DNA from: Eledone cirrhosa
Taxonomy: Eukaryota
DNA: 64,000 nucleotides
Assembly: GCA_964016885.1 (NCBI GenBank)
Contig: OZ024741.1
Span: forward strand, 36,828,001-36,892,000
Reading direction: 5' to 3'
A model generated the notes under the pieces. The model had not been told where the DNA came from. It saw only the letters and a program-made list of their open reading frames with translations, and made no database searches. The translations under genes were made by a program, and so were the position numbers. This document shows, in pieces, positions 33,601 to 43,513 of the stretch. The stretch's first letter is position 1; every line of letters begins with the position of its first letter.

Positions 33601-36472
33601 TATGTTTTCCTTTTAGCTGTTCAGTCTAGACATTATTTTCAACACAAAAAATTTATTAGACTTTTTCTTGAAATGGCTATGAATTAATATATGTTATGAC
33701 TAGTTCACTGAAGAGCCAAGTGAGTCTTCATTGGCTAATTAATTATGCTAATTAACTAGTATGCGTAAGCATGGTGAAACTGCAGTCTGGACAATTATGC
33801 AGGTAAAATTATATTTTTCCCTTGCTATGTTCTTAATCTTAATAGCAATATACTTAAATATTGTACCTAAATAAAATTGAGCTATGGTATATGATAGAAA
33901 TAAATTTTATTTTAATCCACTTTTATAGTTTATATATATATATAATTTATATTAAACATAGTCCTATATTTGCCTAATTGGGAAAAAAAGGCGCCCTACT
34001 CCACCAACTCATTTAAAAATAATGATAAACCCCCAAATGAAATATATATTTATATAATTGTGTTGCTGTCTCCCATGTGTGGATAATCTACTCTTACTCC
34101 TATCTCTGCCTATCAGTCTATCTCTCTGTTTGTTTATTTGAAATCTGGTAGACAGAAGCTGTGCAGAAGCCTCTTGTATGTATGCATATAGATGTGTGTG
34201 TAGGTAAAAAGGACAATACAAGGGAGCAAGCAATTGAAAAAGAAGGAAGACATGTTGACATAAATGTATGAAGGGTGACAATATTTATGCTGAATAAAAA
34301 AGGAAGAAAGGGTTCAACATTCTGGGTTAAACCCTTTATCAAAGTATTGTATGAAATGAAAAGAATAAGAAAAAAGTATTAGAATGACACCAAGCTGGAG
34401 AGCAGATGTGGCTTAAATATACATATGTCTGAGTTTACATTTACAGTTTGTTTATGTCCTGTAACCTAGCAGTTCAACAAATAAAATTCAATAAAATATG
34501 TATATCAGACTTGAGAAAAAATAGTTCTAGGGTCAATATGATCGACTAAAATCCCTTCAAAGCAGTGCCCCAGTGTGGCCATAGGGTAATGACTGAAACC
34601 AGTAAAAGACTCCATAATTTGTTTGGTTGTCTATCAACCCCCTCTTGTAAAACTATTACTCTCATCTACCAGTACAATCTTCATCTCTCCCTTTCTTTCA
34701 TTCATTATTTTCCTTTCCCCCTCTCTCTATCATATTTCTTAACTTCTCTCTCTTAGTCCTTATCTTTATATCTTCCATCTTCACTCTCTTCTCTCTCTTT
34801 CCAATACTCTCTGTTATTGTTCTCTCCCACCACCCCTCACATTTTCCTCCCTCTTGTGTCTCTGTCTCTCCAATACTCTGTTATTGTTCTCCCACTCTCT
34901 CTTGCTCTCTCCCACCACCCCTCACATTTTTCTCCCTCTTGTCTCTCTGTCTATCCAATGCTCTCTGTTATTTTCCCCTCACCCTCCATCCCATCCTCTC
35001 TCTATCCTATGCTCCCTGTTATCTCCCTCCCACCTCTATTCCCCCACCCCATATGTTGGCCCCACCTCTGTAGAATTACTATCTATAATGCTAATACACA
35101 CCACATGCTTCTTTGATTCTTTCCACCTGTAGATACAAACATAACTGAACACACACACACGTTTTATGGGTTTGTGTTACAATCACACCATTCATGCACT
35201 GAATGAAGGACTCCTAAGCTGTTTTAAAAAGCTGGTAACTTCAGCAAAACTTTGAAGTAAATAGCACTATTTATAATAAAAATATTACCAGCATGGAAGT
35301 AGACATATTTTGGTATTATTTCTACGGTTGGATGCCCTCAAAGGTGAAATCTACCATTGACATAAAACCCCACAAAGTTTGTCAAACAATTAATTTTATT
35401 AACTACATGAAACTGCATTATCAAACATTCTTGAAAAGTGTGAAATAGCTCTGCATAAAAATGGCTGCATCACATGAAAAATTAAAGCCTTTACCCTACC
35501 TAATACTTCAAATTTTCACAAGTAATGATATAACATTTGAATGAACATGTCTGGTTTTAGTTATTTTCTGCTAAATCATTACAGAATATTAGGAGATAAT
35601 AGTACAAATTTTCACAACATTCTGTCTACTAGTGAAGATACTATAAATATTTGAATTAACAAACTTATTTTTAAATATTTCTCCTAAATTTAAACAGGAT
35701 GTTAAGAGATAATAGTGCAATTTTTCCCAACAATCTGTCCACTAGTGAAGATACTGTAAGCATTTGAATTAATAAACTTGTTTTTAAATATTTCTGCTAA
35801 ATTTATACAGGATGTTAAAAGTTTACTGATATAATTCTTGTTTTCATTTCTTTCCAGTTATTTGTTGTTGAAAATAAATTATTACGCCAGAAATGTCGCA
35901 ATCTCTGTGAACGTTTTATTCCATCTTCCCACTGTGAGTATATTGCCATCGAACAGGAAATAGCTGAGCTACCAAACTGGCCACCAATAAGTGAATCAAA
36001 AACTAGCTTGATGGACATATTAAACAACCAAGGAAATTACAATGCTCGCCGAACAAGTTCTGAGAATTTGAACTTCGATTCAGAAGAGGATCATTTGAAT
36101 TCTTCCAAGAACAATGAAACTATGAAGCTAATGACTGTTGATAGTGATATTAGTTCTTTAAAGACTAGACAGGACGACATACATAGGGGTGAAGAACTGT
36201 CATCAGAGAAAGTAGAAATGGAGAAGAATCTCTTAAGGGATTCTGTTTCTTCTGATTCTCCGGCTGCTATTGAAAATCCAAATGATTCGACAACTATAAT
36301 AACTGCTGCTACTGTGTCTGCGTCATTTAAACCCAGCACTTCAACGGACACAGCTTCCACTGATACAGCCATGGAGAATTTAGGGCCATCCCCTTGCCTT
36401 GCAACCCCTCCTCCTACAAACAAATACAAAGTCACAAAATTTAACACAGGTTCCCCTAGCGTTCAATTATAG
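537..36472 (+). CDS. ATP13A3: P5B-type cation/polyamine-transporting ATPase (ATP13A3/ATP13A2-like), 3' 13 exons; 5' part lies outside the window. Join: 537-651,4665-4789,7553-7719,7872-7985,9206-9285,13073-13225,13643-13739,15266-15338,16826-16976,23751-23896,27403-27491,30607-30690,35858-36472
   Basis: Manual splicing gives a phase-consistent ORF with [75 protein letters not shown] and WPP motifs. The paralog name is approximate (P5B subfamily). Confidence 0.93.
966..2305 (-). mobile_element. RTE-clade LINE, 5'-truncated (subfamily A), one frameshift
   Basis: YADD...FRYLG...LHGSETW...WYGH RT/thumb translation; (GAT)n tail; (TA)n at both ends. Confidence 0.92.
2608..4630. repeat. Compound minisatellite, about 31-34 bp unit (ctagat-(gtt)n-tctgttgttgctatta)
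   Basis: Direct inspection; about 2 kb array ending just before an exon acceptor. Confidence 0.97.
4665..4789 (+). CDS. ATP13A3: P5B ATPase exon ([41 protein letters not shown])
   Basis: acag acceptor, gtgag donor, conserved motif. Confidence 0.95.
4783..5105 (+). repeat. 37-bp minisatellite that includes the exon 5' splice donor
   Basis: Unit gtcacaggtgagatatataacataactatatatgggt; degenerate copies also at 6120-6245 and 6780-6935. Confidence 0.9.
5108..6116 (+). mobile_element. Non-autonomous Helitron (with a nested SINE)
   Basis: 3' hairpin aaccacc-ggaag-ggtggtt followed by CTAG; 5' end tttatactataat (TC degenerate); removing it restores the host repeat aacta^tatag. Confidence 0.65.
5185..5625 (-). 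mobile_element. tRNA-derived SINE (Nin/Deu-like central domain) with the 45-bp head tandemly repeated about 6 times
   Basis: gagttcaaatccc B-box; gcctttcatc...ggggtcgataaaataaagtacc core; related copies near 6250, 15940-16250, 16480-16668, 27530-27720, 29770 and 37805-38050. Confidence 0.8.
6449..6782 (+). mobile_element. tRNA-derived CORE-like SINE with RTE-type 3' tail
   Basis: A/B boxes, tccttgagcaagacactt core, tail shared with RTE 3' UTR, (GAT)n end. Confidence 0.85.
7116..7500. mobile_element. Fold-back remnant of the Penelope-like element terminus (two inverted arms, each with a degenerate hammerhead motif)
   Basis: Arms 7116-7231 and 7268-7383 are inverted; similar to the pLTR at 20690-21146 and 22762-23192. 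Confidence 0.85.
7553..7719 (+). CDS. ATP13A3: P5B ATPase exon ([16 protein letters not shown]...EVIAM)
   Basis: T-tract/cag acceptor, gtaag donor; completes TGDN. Confidence 0.95.
7872..7985 (+). CDS. ATP13A3: P5B ATPase exon ([38 protein letters not shown])
   Basis: tttcag/gtaag; HFAVTG motif. Confidence 0.93.
8838..9034. mobile_element. piggyBac-like MITE
   Basis: TTAA|CCCTTTAGCATTTA...TAAATGCTAAAAGG|TTAA; other copies at 15441-15629 and about 8266-8462. Confidence 0.75.
9206..9285 (+). CDS. ATP13A3: P5B ATPase exon ([27 protein letters not shown])
   Basis: ccag/gtcagt; ARMxPxQK motif. Confidence 0.94.
9410..9612. repeat. Degenerate minisatellite, about 33 bp unit
   Basis: Recurrent ccatgtga...tttcctggat motif. 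Confidence 0.7.
10891..11303. mobile_element. Probable MITE with imperfect TIRs
   Basis: tactctctggtcccaaataat ... attattcgagatccaagagta. Confidence 0.5.
11490..11950 (+). mobile_element. CR1/L2-clade LINE 3' fragment
   Basis: YSERL...LKLRR...TRGH..K...RKHF..RV...WN translation; (att)n tail; 3' UTR copies on the minus strand at about 14640-14960. Confidence 0.85.
11951..12970 (-). repeat. 48-bp minisatellite (about 21 copies) derived from the RTE/SINE 3' UTR repeat
   Basis: Unit accactttacagtgtggactgggtgctttttgccatgacaccatcacg; same motif in RTE 3' UTRs. Confidence 0.93.
13073..13225 (+). CDS. ATP13A3: P5B ATPase exon ([39 protein letters not shown]...)
   Basis: ctag/gtaag; GDGAND hinge motif. 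Confidence 0.97.
13643..13739 (+). CDS. ATP13A3: P5B ATPase exon ([32 protein letters not shown])
   Basis: ctag/gtaag; GRAxLVT and TM5. Confidence 0.95.
15266..15338 (+). CDS. ATP13A3: P5B ATPase exon ([24 protein letters not shown])
   Basis: ctag/gtacgt; P5B DFQFLYID motif. Confidence 0.95.
15441..15629. mobile_element. piggyBac-like MITE, second copy
   Basis: CCCTTTAGCATTTA...TAAATGCTAAAGGG|TTAA. Confidence 0.75.
16826..16976 (+). CDS. ATP13A3: P5B ATPase exon ([31 protein letters not shown]...NQKW)
   Basis: ttcag/gtaag; PPxSL motif and TM7. Confidence 0.93.
17787..18123 (+). mobile_element. tRNA-derived CORE-like SINE with RTE tail
   Basis: Near-identical to 6449-6782. Confidence 0.85.
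18594..18899 (+). mobile_element. RTE LINE (subfamily B) 3' end
   Basis: Matches the reverse complement of 24700-25050. Confidence 0.8.
18915..20251 (+). mobile_element. RTE-clade LINE, 5'-truncated (subfamily A)
   Basis: ORF 18920-19843 encodes RT C-terminus; (GAT)n tail. Confidence 0.93.
20880..20922 (-). ncRNA. Minimal type I hammerhead ribozyme motif in Penelope pLTR
   Basis: GUCA-CUGAAGA-G-GUCACA[GAAUG]UGUGAC-GAAA-GAAC-UU-UGAC. Confidence 0.7.
21118..22752 (-). pseudogene. Penelope RT/GIY-YIG ORF, frameshifted into three pieces
   Basis: ORFs 21997-22752, 21815-22000 and 21118-21846. Confidence 0.9.
22998..23040 (+). ncRNA. Minimal type I hammerhead ribozyme motif in the inverted pLTR
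   Basis: gtca-ctgaaga-g-gtcaca-gaacg-tgtgac-gaaa-gaac-tt-tgat. Confidence 0.65.
23266..23645 (-). mobile_element. CORE-like SINE with RTE tail, 5'-truncated, internal repeat expanded
   Basis: Reverse complement of 17787-18123. Confidence 0.8.
23751..23896 (+). CDS. ATP13A3: P5B ATPase exon ([48 protein letters not shown])
   Basis: ttcag/gtaaat; YEN and SKGxPFRKP motifs. Confidence 0.95.
24700..27212 (-). mobile_element. RTE-clade LINE (subfamily B), 5'-truncated, uninterrupted RT ORF of about 735 aa
   Basis: KGKGD...[35 protein letters not shown] motifs; flanked by TA/TG microsatellite. Confidence 0.96.
27403..27491 (+). CDS. ATP13A3: P5B ATPase exon ([30 protein letters not shown])
   Basis: tttag/gtaag; phase-consistent TM9. 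Confidence 0.9.
29925..30140 (+). mobile_element. tRNA-derived CORE-like SINE (different tail)
   Basis: gtggttagg...gggttcgattc A/B boxes; tgagcaagacact core. Confidence 0.7.
30607..30690 (+). CDS. ATP13A3: P5B ATPase exon ([28 protein letters not shown])
   Basis: ttcag/gtaag; phase-consistent TM10. Confidence 0.9.
31175..31334. repeat. Palindrome made of two inverted hammerhead-like motifs
   Basis: Arms 31181-31247 and 31250-31334; minus strand reads GUAUU-CCGAUGA-stemII-GAAA-CAAUUG-UU-AAUAC. Confidence 0.75.
31338..31763 (+). mobile_element. Non-autonomous Helitron family 2, 3' part
   Basis: cctgtgcaacgccgggtaccactgCTAGt end; matches the reverse complement of 61057-61501. Confidence 0.8.
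32037..32978 (-). mobile_element. RTE-clade LINE 3' fragment (subfamily A)
   Basis: ORF 32418-32978; (GAT)n tail; (TA)n flanks. Confidence 0.92.
33165..33455 (-). pseudogene. Penelope-like RT fragment (second family)
   Basis: YFLPKIHK...PGRPIVS...[13 protein letters not shown] motifs. Confidence 0.85.
33703..33792 (+). ncRNA. Type I hammerhead ribozyme motif with palindromic stem III
   Basis: GUUCA-CUGAAGA-GCCA...UGGU-GAAA-CUGCAG-UC^-UGGAC; canonical core and GUC triplet. Confidence 0.65.
35858..36472 (+). CDS. ATP13A3: P5B ATPase terminal coding exon (LFVVEN...ELPNWPP...SPSVQL*)
   Basis: tttccag acceptor; in frame with ORF 36008-36472; WPP motif; TAG stop. Confidence 0.88.
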   Translation, partial: LFVVENKLLRQKCRNLCERFIPSSHCEYIAIEQEIAELPNWPPISESKTSLMDILNNQGNYNARRTSSENLNFDSEEDHLNSSKNNETMKLMTVDSDISSLKTRQDDIHRGEELSSEKVEMEKNLLRDSVSSDSPAAIENPNDSTTIITAATVSASFKPSTSTDTASTDTAMENLGPSPCLATPPPTNKYKVTKFNTGSPSVQL

Positions 36473-38305
36473 CAAAAAATATTTGCTTGCTGGATTTACG
36501 AAACAAAATTAAAATCTTTGAAAATTTTGCAAGCAAAGATAGTTCTTTATTTTAAAAACAATATTAAATTACACTGTGTTGACAATGTGGTGTATTTTAT
36601 GATCTTTATAAAAACATAGTCTTTTTTTTTAAATAAACCTTTTCCAGCCATTTGTTAAAATATTTCTGCATTCCTAAATGGTTTCCCTGTGAATCTTGAT
36701 CAGTGAACCTCAACCCCTTCAATAATTAATTGCCTTCTCATGATTTTCTTAGGGTCTTCATATTTTTGTATTATCACTATTTCTCCCAACCCTTTTCATT
36801 TTCTATCTTATGTTTCCCTTCTCTCACTCTTTGTTTTCTGTCTATCAATCTATCTATCCATCTATTTACCTATCTATCTATCTATCCCAGGCTCAATATA
36901 TAGACACATATATATTTACAAGAAAATAGTAAATTTCAAAAAAATTAATCAACATAAATACCACACTTCACACCCTTGTTTTGGTCAAATTATTGGTTTT
37001 CCTTTTTTAATGAAATCAGAAAGATAAAAAAACCCACTTTTTTAATTCCCCATAAAAACCATACGAAAAACAACCCAGTATTCTGTACAAATGGAAGCAT
37101 CTGAAATTATTTGGTTATAGCCATTTGTCTAATTTATACAACCTTTTTTATATTACTAAAACAAAACGAAAACACAAAAAAATCTCAAGGAAAAATTGAA
37201 AATTTATTAATATTAAAATAATAAAAAAAAACAAAACAGAATCTTGTTGATGTTATTTCCTACTCTAATTTTTGATCAAACAAACATACCCTCTTGTTAC
37301 CCATGATAGACCTATCATCCTATGTGCCTTCTCCATCCTAATCCCCACTACTACTAGCCCCCATAGGGTAGAGAAGGCCCATCAGTTGAGTCTATGGCTG
37401 ACAACCTCTCTAGTGCTGGTGCCATGATAAAACACCCTGTAAATTGGTTGGTGTTAGGAAGGGCTTCCAGCCATAGAAACTCTGCCAAAAAGGTTAAGAG
37501 GATACTTCAGTCATGACACAAAACCTCTTTAGTGCTGGTGCCATGAAAAATGTATCTAACACACCCAATGTGGTGATTGGTGATAGTAAGGACATACAGC
37601 TGTAGAAGAAATTTTGTCAAGAGGACTTTTCAGTTGTATCAAAGACATGACGACCTCCCTAGTGCTGGTGCCTTAATGAAGCATACCTAGCAAACTCTAT
37701 AGGGTATGGAAATGTATATAAGTGAGATGTATCCTCTTAACCTGTCTGGCAAGTCAGAGGCTGGGCACTGACTTGATCTATGATGATCTGTTCAACCCTT
37801 GCTAGCAGGAAAACTGAATGTTAAATGATAATCATATGTATGTATCAATTTTTGTATATCTATAATTGTTTCTACTTTTGGTACAAGGCCAGCAATTATC
37901 CCAGTGCATTACTGATACTTTATTTTATCGACCCTGTAAGGATGAAAGGCAAAGTTAACCTTGGCGGGATTTGAACTCAAACGTAAAGGGCTATAACTCT
38001 ATGCTGCAAAGTATGGCGTCCGACTCTCTACCGATACTGCCAATCCACCACATATATATATGAATGTATAAACATATAATATGCAAGCAGGGAAAATCGG
38101 ACGTATGATGATGATGTGTTTATACATCTTAATATATGTATATTATTATACCTAAATATAATTTTGTATAAATAATTTTCTGAAAAATATAGATTTTTAG
38201 TCTGGTATTCGATTGAAATAATTTTTATTTTAATCTGCTTATACATATATATATATCATCATCATCGTTTAACGTTCATGTTCCTAATATATATATATAT
38301 ATATA

Positions 38306-41125
38306 AAGACAAGCATAGAAAGAATGGCGGGATGGGGGAAGTAGAGAACACTTACCAGGAGAGAAGCGAGGCGACAATTGTATTTTGCAAGAAGGGAAGC
38401 AGAAGATAAAATAATTTAAGCATGTTCTGCAACGCGAGGACCAAAAGCAAGAGGTGTTTAGGATTGTGAGGCAATGTGTCAGGGAAAACTATCATGTTGT
38501 TGGGGAAAAGAGTGTCAGCGATGATAACAAAGTACTTGCCCTCACTGATGTTGAAAAGAAGGTAGCATGGAACTGCCACTATGAAAGACTACTAAATGAG
38601 GAGAATGAATTTGATGAAGATAGTTTGCCCCAAGTTGACCCAACAGAGGGACCGGCTGTGCAAATTAGTAGTGGTATAGTAAGTAAAGCAATCAAAGATA
38701 TGAAGACAAGCAAGGCAGCTGGACCTTCGGGGATAGTCACTCGTATTGTGAACCAAGTAATACAAAATGGTGTCATATCAAATGACTGGCATAGCAATAT
38801 CATCGTTAACTGCTACAAGGGCAAAGGAGATGCTCAAGGGAGAGAAAACTATAGGAGCATTAGGTTGGTTGATCAGGTCATGAAGGTCACAGGAGTTATT
38901 GCATAGCTGATTAGGGACCTTTGGATTTGTGTCAGCTAAAAGTACCACAGATGCTCTCTTCCTCGTGAGGCAACTGCAACTAAAAGTAAACCCCTCTACT
39001 TACCTTTTGTTGACTTGGAGAAAGCATTTAAGAGAGTCCTCTGTTCCATTATCTGGTGAGCTCTTAGAAAACTAGGAGTGGATGAGTGGCCTGTGAGGGC
39101 AGTATAAGCCATGTGTAGAACAGCCAACAAGGTCAGAATTAACTGACTGTAGCGAAGAATTTAGCATGCAGGCTGGTATCCATTATGGTTCAGTTTTTAG
39201 CCCTCTCCTGTTTATGGTCATCTTGCAGGATATAAGAGAAGAGTTTAAGACTGGAAGTCCATGGGAACTTCTGTATACACATGATCTAACCCTCATAGCT
39301 GAATTTATGGCAGAATTAGAGAAGAAATTCCAAACCTAGAAGCATGGCCTAGAATCAAAAGGTCATAAAGTTAACTTGTCAAAGACTAAAGACCTAGTAT
39401 ATAGAAAGGAAAATAGGGCCCAGATCCTTTCAGGGAAATGGCCTTGCTCAATGTGCAGGAAAGGAGTAGGTAGAAATTCCATCCTATGTCCCAAAAGCAA
39501 GCTATAGGTACATAGAAGATGTATTGGGATCATAGGCAGGCTATCAAAAAAACGTAAGTTTTATATGCAGCTGATGAACAGGTGCAGTAAGTAGCAAGTG
39601 CCCACAGGATACTAGCTCTGTAGAAATAGTAGACAATTTCTGTTACTTGAGTGACCAAATTAACAGTGGAGGAGTGTGTTCCGAAAGTACAGTAGTCAGA
39701 GTAAGAACAGGTTGGAGAAAGTTCAGGGAGCTACTACTGCTGCTAGCTACAAAAGGTTTTCCTTTAAAATGAAGGGGAGATTGTATGATGCATGTATACA
39801 AACAGCAATGTTGTATGGTAGTGAGACCTGGACACTGTGTGCATAAGACCTGCGAAGATTGGAAAGAAATGAAGCCTGCATGCTCTAATAGTAATATACA
39901 CGAACGGCAAAGCGTAAAGGAATTGATTATAAGAGGGATTGGATGTAGTATGCTAGAGAGGAGATTGTGTTGGTATGATCATGTGATGTGTATGAAGGAT
40001 GACAGCTGTATAAAAAGATGCAGAGCAATCAAAGTTGATGGAATCTATGGAGTAGAAAGACCTGGGATGTACAATTACACCTCTTAAAGACAATGACACG
40101 AACGAGATTTTTAATGCTATGTAGTAATACAGAAGACCCACCTTCCCATGTGCACGGACTGAAATATACATCTAGTAGGCACCCCTTAACCACTATACCT
40201 CCCTCCATACACCTCCCACCCACTTATGTTCACACTACCCTTATACTGTAAAGTTATCATGCTGGTATCACAACAAAATGCACCCAGCAGACACCGTAAA
40301 GTGGTCATCTAGGTGTCATAAAAGAAAGCACCTAGCACACACTGTAAAATGGTCATGTAGGTGTCATGACAGAAAGCACCTAGCACACACTGTAAAGTGG
40401 TCATGCAGGTGTCATGACAGAAAACACTCAGCACACACTGTAAAGTGGTCATGCAGGTGTCATGACAGAAAACACTCAGCACACACTGTAAAGTGGTCAT
40501 GCAGGTGTCATGACAGAAAGCACCTAGCACACACTGTAAAAGTGGTCATGTAGGTGTCATGACAGAAAGCACCTAGCACACACTGTAAAGTGGTCATGTA
40601 GGTGTCATGACAGAAAGCACCTAGCACACTGTAAAAGTGGTCATGTAGGTGTCATGACAGAAAGAACCTAGCACACACTGTAAAGTGGTCATGTAGGTGT
40701 CATGACAGAAAGCACCTAGCACACACTGTAAAGTGGTCATGTAGGTGTCATGACAGAAAGCACCTAGCACACACTGTAAAGTGGTCATGTAGGTGTCATG
40801 ACAGAAAGCACCTAGCACACACTGTAAAGTGGTCATGTAGGTGTCATGACAGAAAGCACCTAGCACACACTGTAAAAGTGGTTGGCATAAGGAAGGGCAT
40901 TCATCTGTAGAAACCAAGATAGAAACAGTTCTGTATGAGCAAGACACGGTCACCTGACCCAACTTGTCACAAACGAGACAACCCGCCTAACCCATGCTAG
41001 CGTGGAAAATGAATGTTAAACGATGATGAGCAAGACACAGTAATCTAATCTGACTTGTTTCACAATGGGACAACTTGTCGAATCCATGATAGTGTGGAAA
41101 AGAGGATGTTATACAGTGATGATGA
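38306..41125 (+). mobile_element. Old degraded RTE LINE with many stops and frameshifts
   Basis: Fragmentary homology to the 25003-27234 ORF across its length; RTE-type 3' UTR. Confidence 0.9.
40280..40880 (+). repeat. 48-bp minisatellite expanded inside the RTE 3' UTR
   Basis: Unit gtaggtgtcatgacagaaagcacctagcacacactgtaaagtggtcat. Confidence 0.92.
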
Positions 41126-41503
41126 TGATATATATATTTCTTAGAAAACGTAGAAATCTCAAATGCAAAAAATTATAACTGTAACCACAGTTGATTGCTA
41201 TAAATAATAACCGAGAAAATCAAGTAAAATTCCCCCAGAGACGGGGAAAAAGTTGTTAGCAGCCACTACAAAGAATCCAACTCAATACCTCTCAAATTCT
41301 GGTTTTTGAGATGAAAGTTTCTATAGAACATACAGGATTTGATAGCTGAAAACAGAGAGGACTGCACCAGCACTGGGATGGTACTTTCTGTATCAACCCT
41401 GAATGAATGCAAAGCATAGTGAACCTTGGTGAGATTTGAACTCAGAATCCAGAGACAACTAGCATGGCCACAGTTCATGGGGTGGGACAAGTAAAAGAAT
41501 ATA

Positions 41504-41587
41504 CAGGATGACCTCCAAAAATGTATACACTTTGATTACCTGTACAGGCATTTGAATATAGTGTATATATTTTTGGGGGACACCCTG
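41504..41587. mobile_element. Tiny Tc1/mariner-like MITE
   Basis: TA|CAGG...CCTG|TA with imperfect inverted ends. Confidence 0.5.
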
Positions 41588-41977
41588 TATGTGTGTGTGT
41601 GTATGTGTTATTAAACTGGATGTGTATATATTTACATACTTATATATGGGTTTATTTTTATTCTCTACTGTACATGTGTATGTATGTCTATGTAAGTTAA
41701 TGTATGAGCTTGTTTTTTGTTAGAAAAATCTTTTATTACTGCCCCTCCCCCCACGTCCTCCAACAAAGACTGTTAAATGGCATTAAGCCCTATCGACCAA
41801 TGAAATGTATGTATGTCAATGCCACCTGTCACATGATACAAAGATATCACCATAATATAATCAGTGTTGCATACTCACTAAGATATTCTCTCATCCATCC
41901 AGAAAATATTTCTTAATGCAGCCATTAATAATACTTCAGCAATCAGCACAGACAACCAGCTGGTGGTGGGTGTCCAA

Positions 41978-43513
41978 TAGTACTAGTTATATTAGATATT
42001 AGTACTAGTTATATTAGATATTAGTATAGTTATATTAGATATTAGAATAGTTATATGAGATATTAGAATAGTTATATTAGATGTTAGTACTAGTTATATT
42101 AGATATTAGAATAGTTATATTAAATATTAGTATAGTTATATGAGATATTAGAATAGTTATATTAGATATTAGTACTAGTTATACTAGATATTAGTACTAG
42201 TTATATTAGATATTAGAATAGTTATATTAGATATTAGAATAGTTATATTAGATATTAGAATAGTTATATTAGACATTAATACTAGTTATTTTAGATATTA
42301 GTACTAGTTATATTAGGTATTAGTATAGTGATATTAGATATTAGAATAGTTATATTAGATATTAGTATAGTTATATGAGATATTAGAATAGTTATATTAG
42401 ATATTAGTACTAGTTATATTAGATATTAGAATAGTTATATTAGACATTAATACTAGTTATATTAGATATTAGTACTAGTTATATTAGATATTAGTATAGT
42501 TATATTAAATATTAGTATAGTTATATGAGATATTAGAATAGTTATATTAGATATTAGTACTAGTTATATTAGATATTAGTACTAGTTATATTAGATATTA
42601 GAATAGTTATATTAAATATTAGTATAGTTATATGAGATATTAGAATAGTTATATTAGATATTAGTACTAGTTATATTAGATATTAGTACTAGTTATATTA
42701 GACATTAATGCTAGTTATATTAGATATTAGTACTAGTTATATTAGATATTAGTATAGTTATATTAGATATTAGAATAGTTATATTAGATATTAGTATAGT
42801 TATATGAGATATTAGAATAGTTATATGAGATATTAGAATAGTTATATTAGATATTAGAATAGTTATATTAGATATTAGTATAGTTATATTAGATATTAGA
42901 ATAGTTATATGATATATTAGAATAGTTATATTAGATATTAGTACTAGTTATATTCGATATTAGTACTAGTTATATTAGATATTAGTATAGTTATATTAGA
43001 TATTAGAATAGTTATATTAGATATTAGAATAGTTATATTAGATATTAGAATAGTTATATTAGATATTAGTACTAATTATATTAGATATTAGAATAGTTAT
43101 GTTAGATATTAGAATAGTTATATTAGATATTAGAATAGTTATATTAGATATTAGAATAGTTATATTAAATATTAGTATAGTTATATGAGATATTAGAATA
43201 GTTATATTAGATATTAGTACTAGTTATATTAGACATTAGTACTAGTTATATTAGATATTAGTACTAGTTATATTAGATATTAGTATAGTTATATTAGATA
43301 TTAGAATAGTTATATTAGATATTAGTATAGTTATATGAGATATTAGAATAGTTATATGAGATATTAGAATAGTTATATTAGATATTAGTACTAGTTATTA
43401 GATATTAGTACTAGTTATATTAGACATTAGTACTAGTTATATTAGATATTAGTACTAGTTATATTAGATATTAGTATAGTTATATTAGATATTAGAATAG
43501 TTATATTAGATAT
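41978..43513. repeat. 21/22-bp AT-rich satellite, left block
   Basis: Units ttag(aa|ta|tac)tagttatattagata. Confidence 0.97.

Noticed and set aside
36632-37225. AATAAA polyadenylation signals at 36632 and 37220
   Set aside because: Plausible but cannot be distinguished from chance in AT-rich DNA without transcript data
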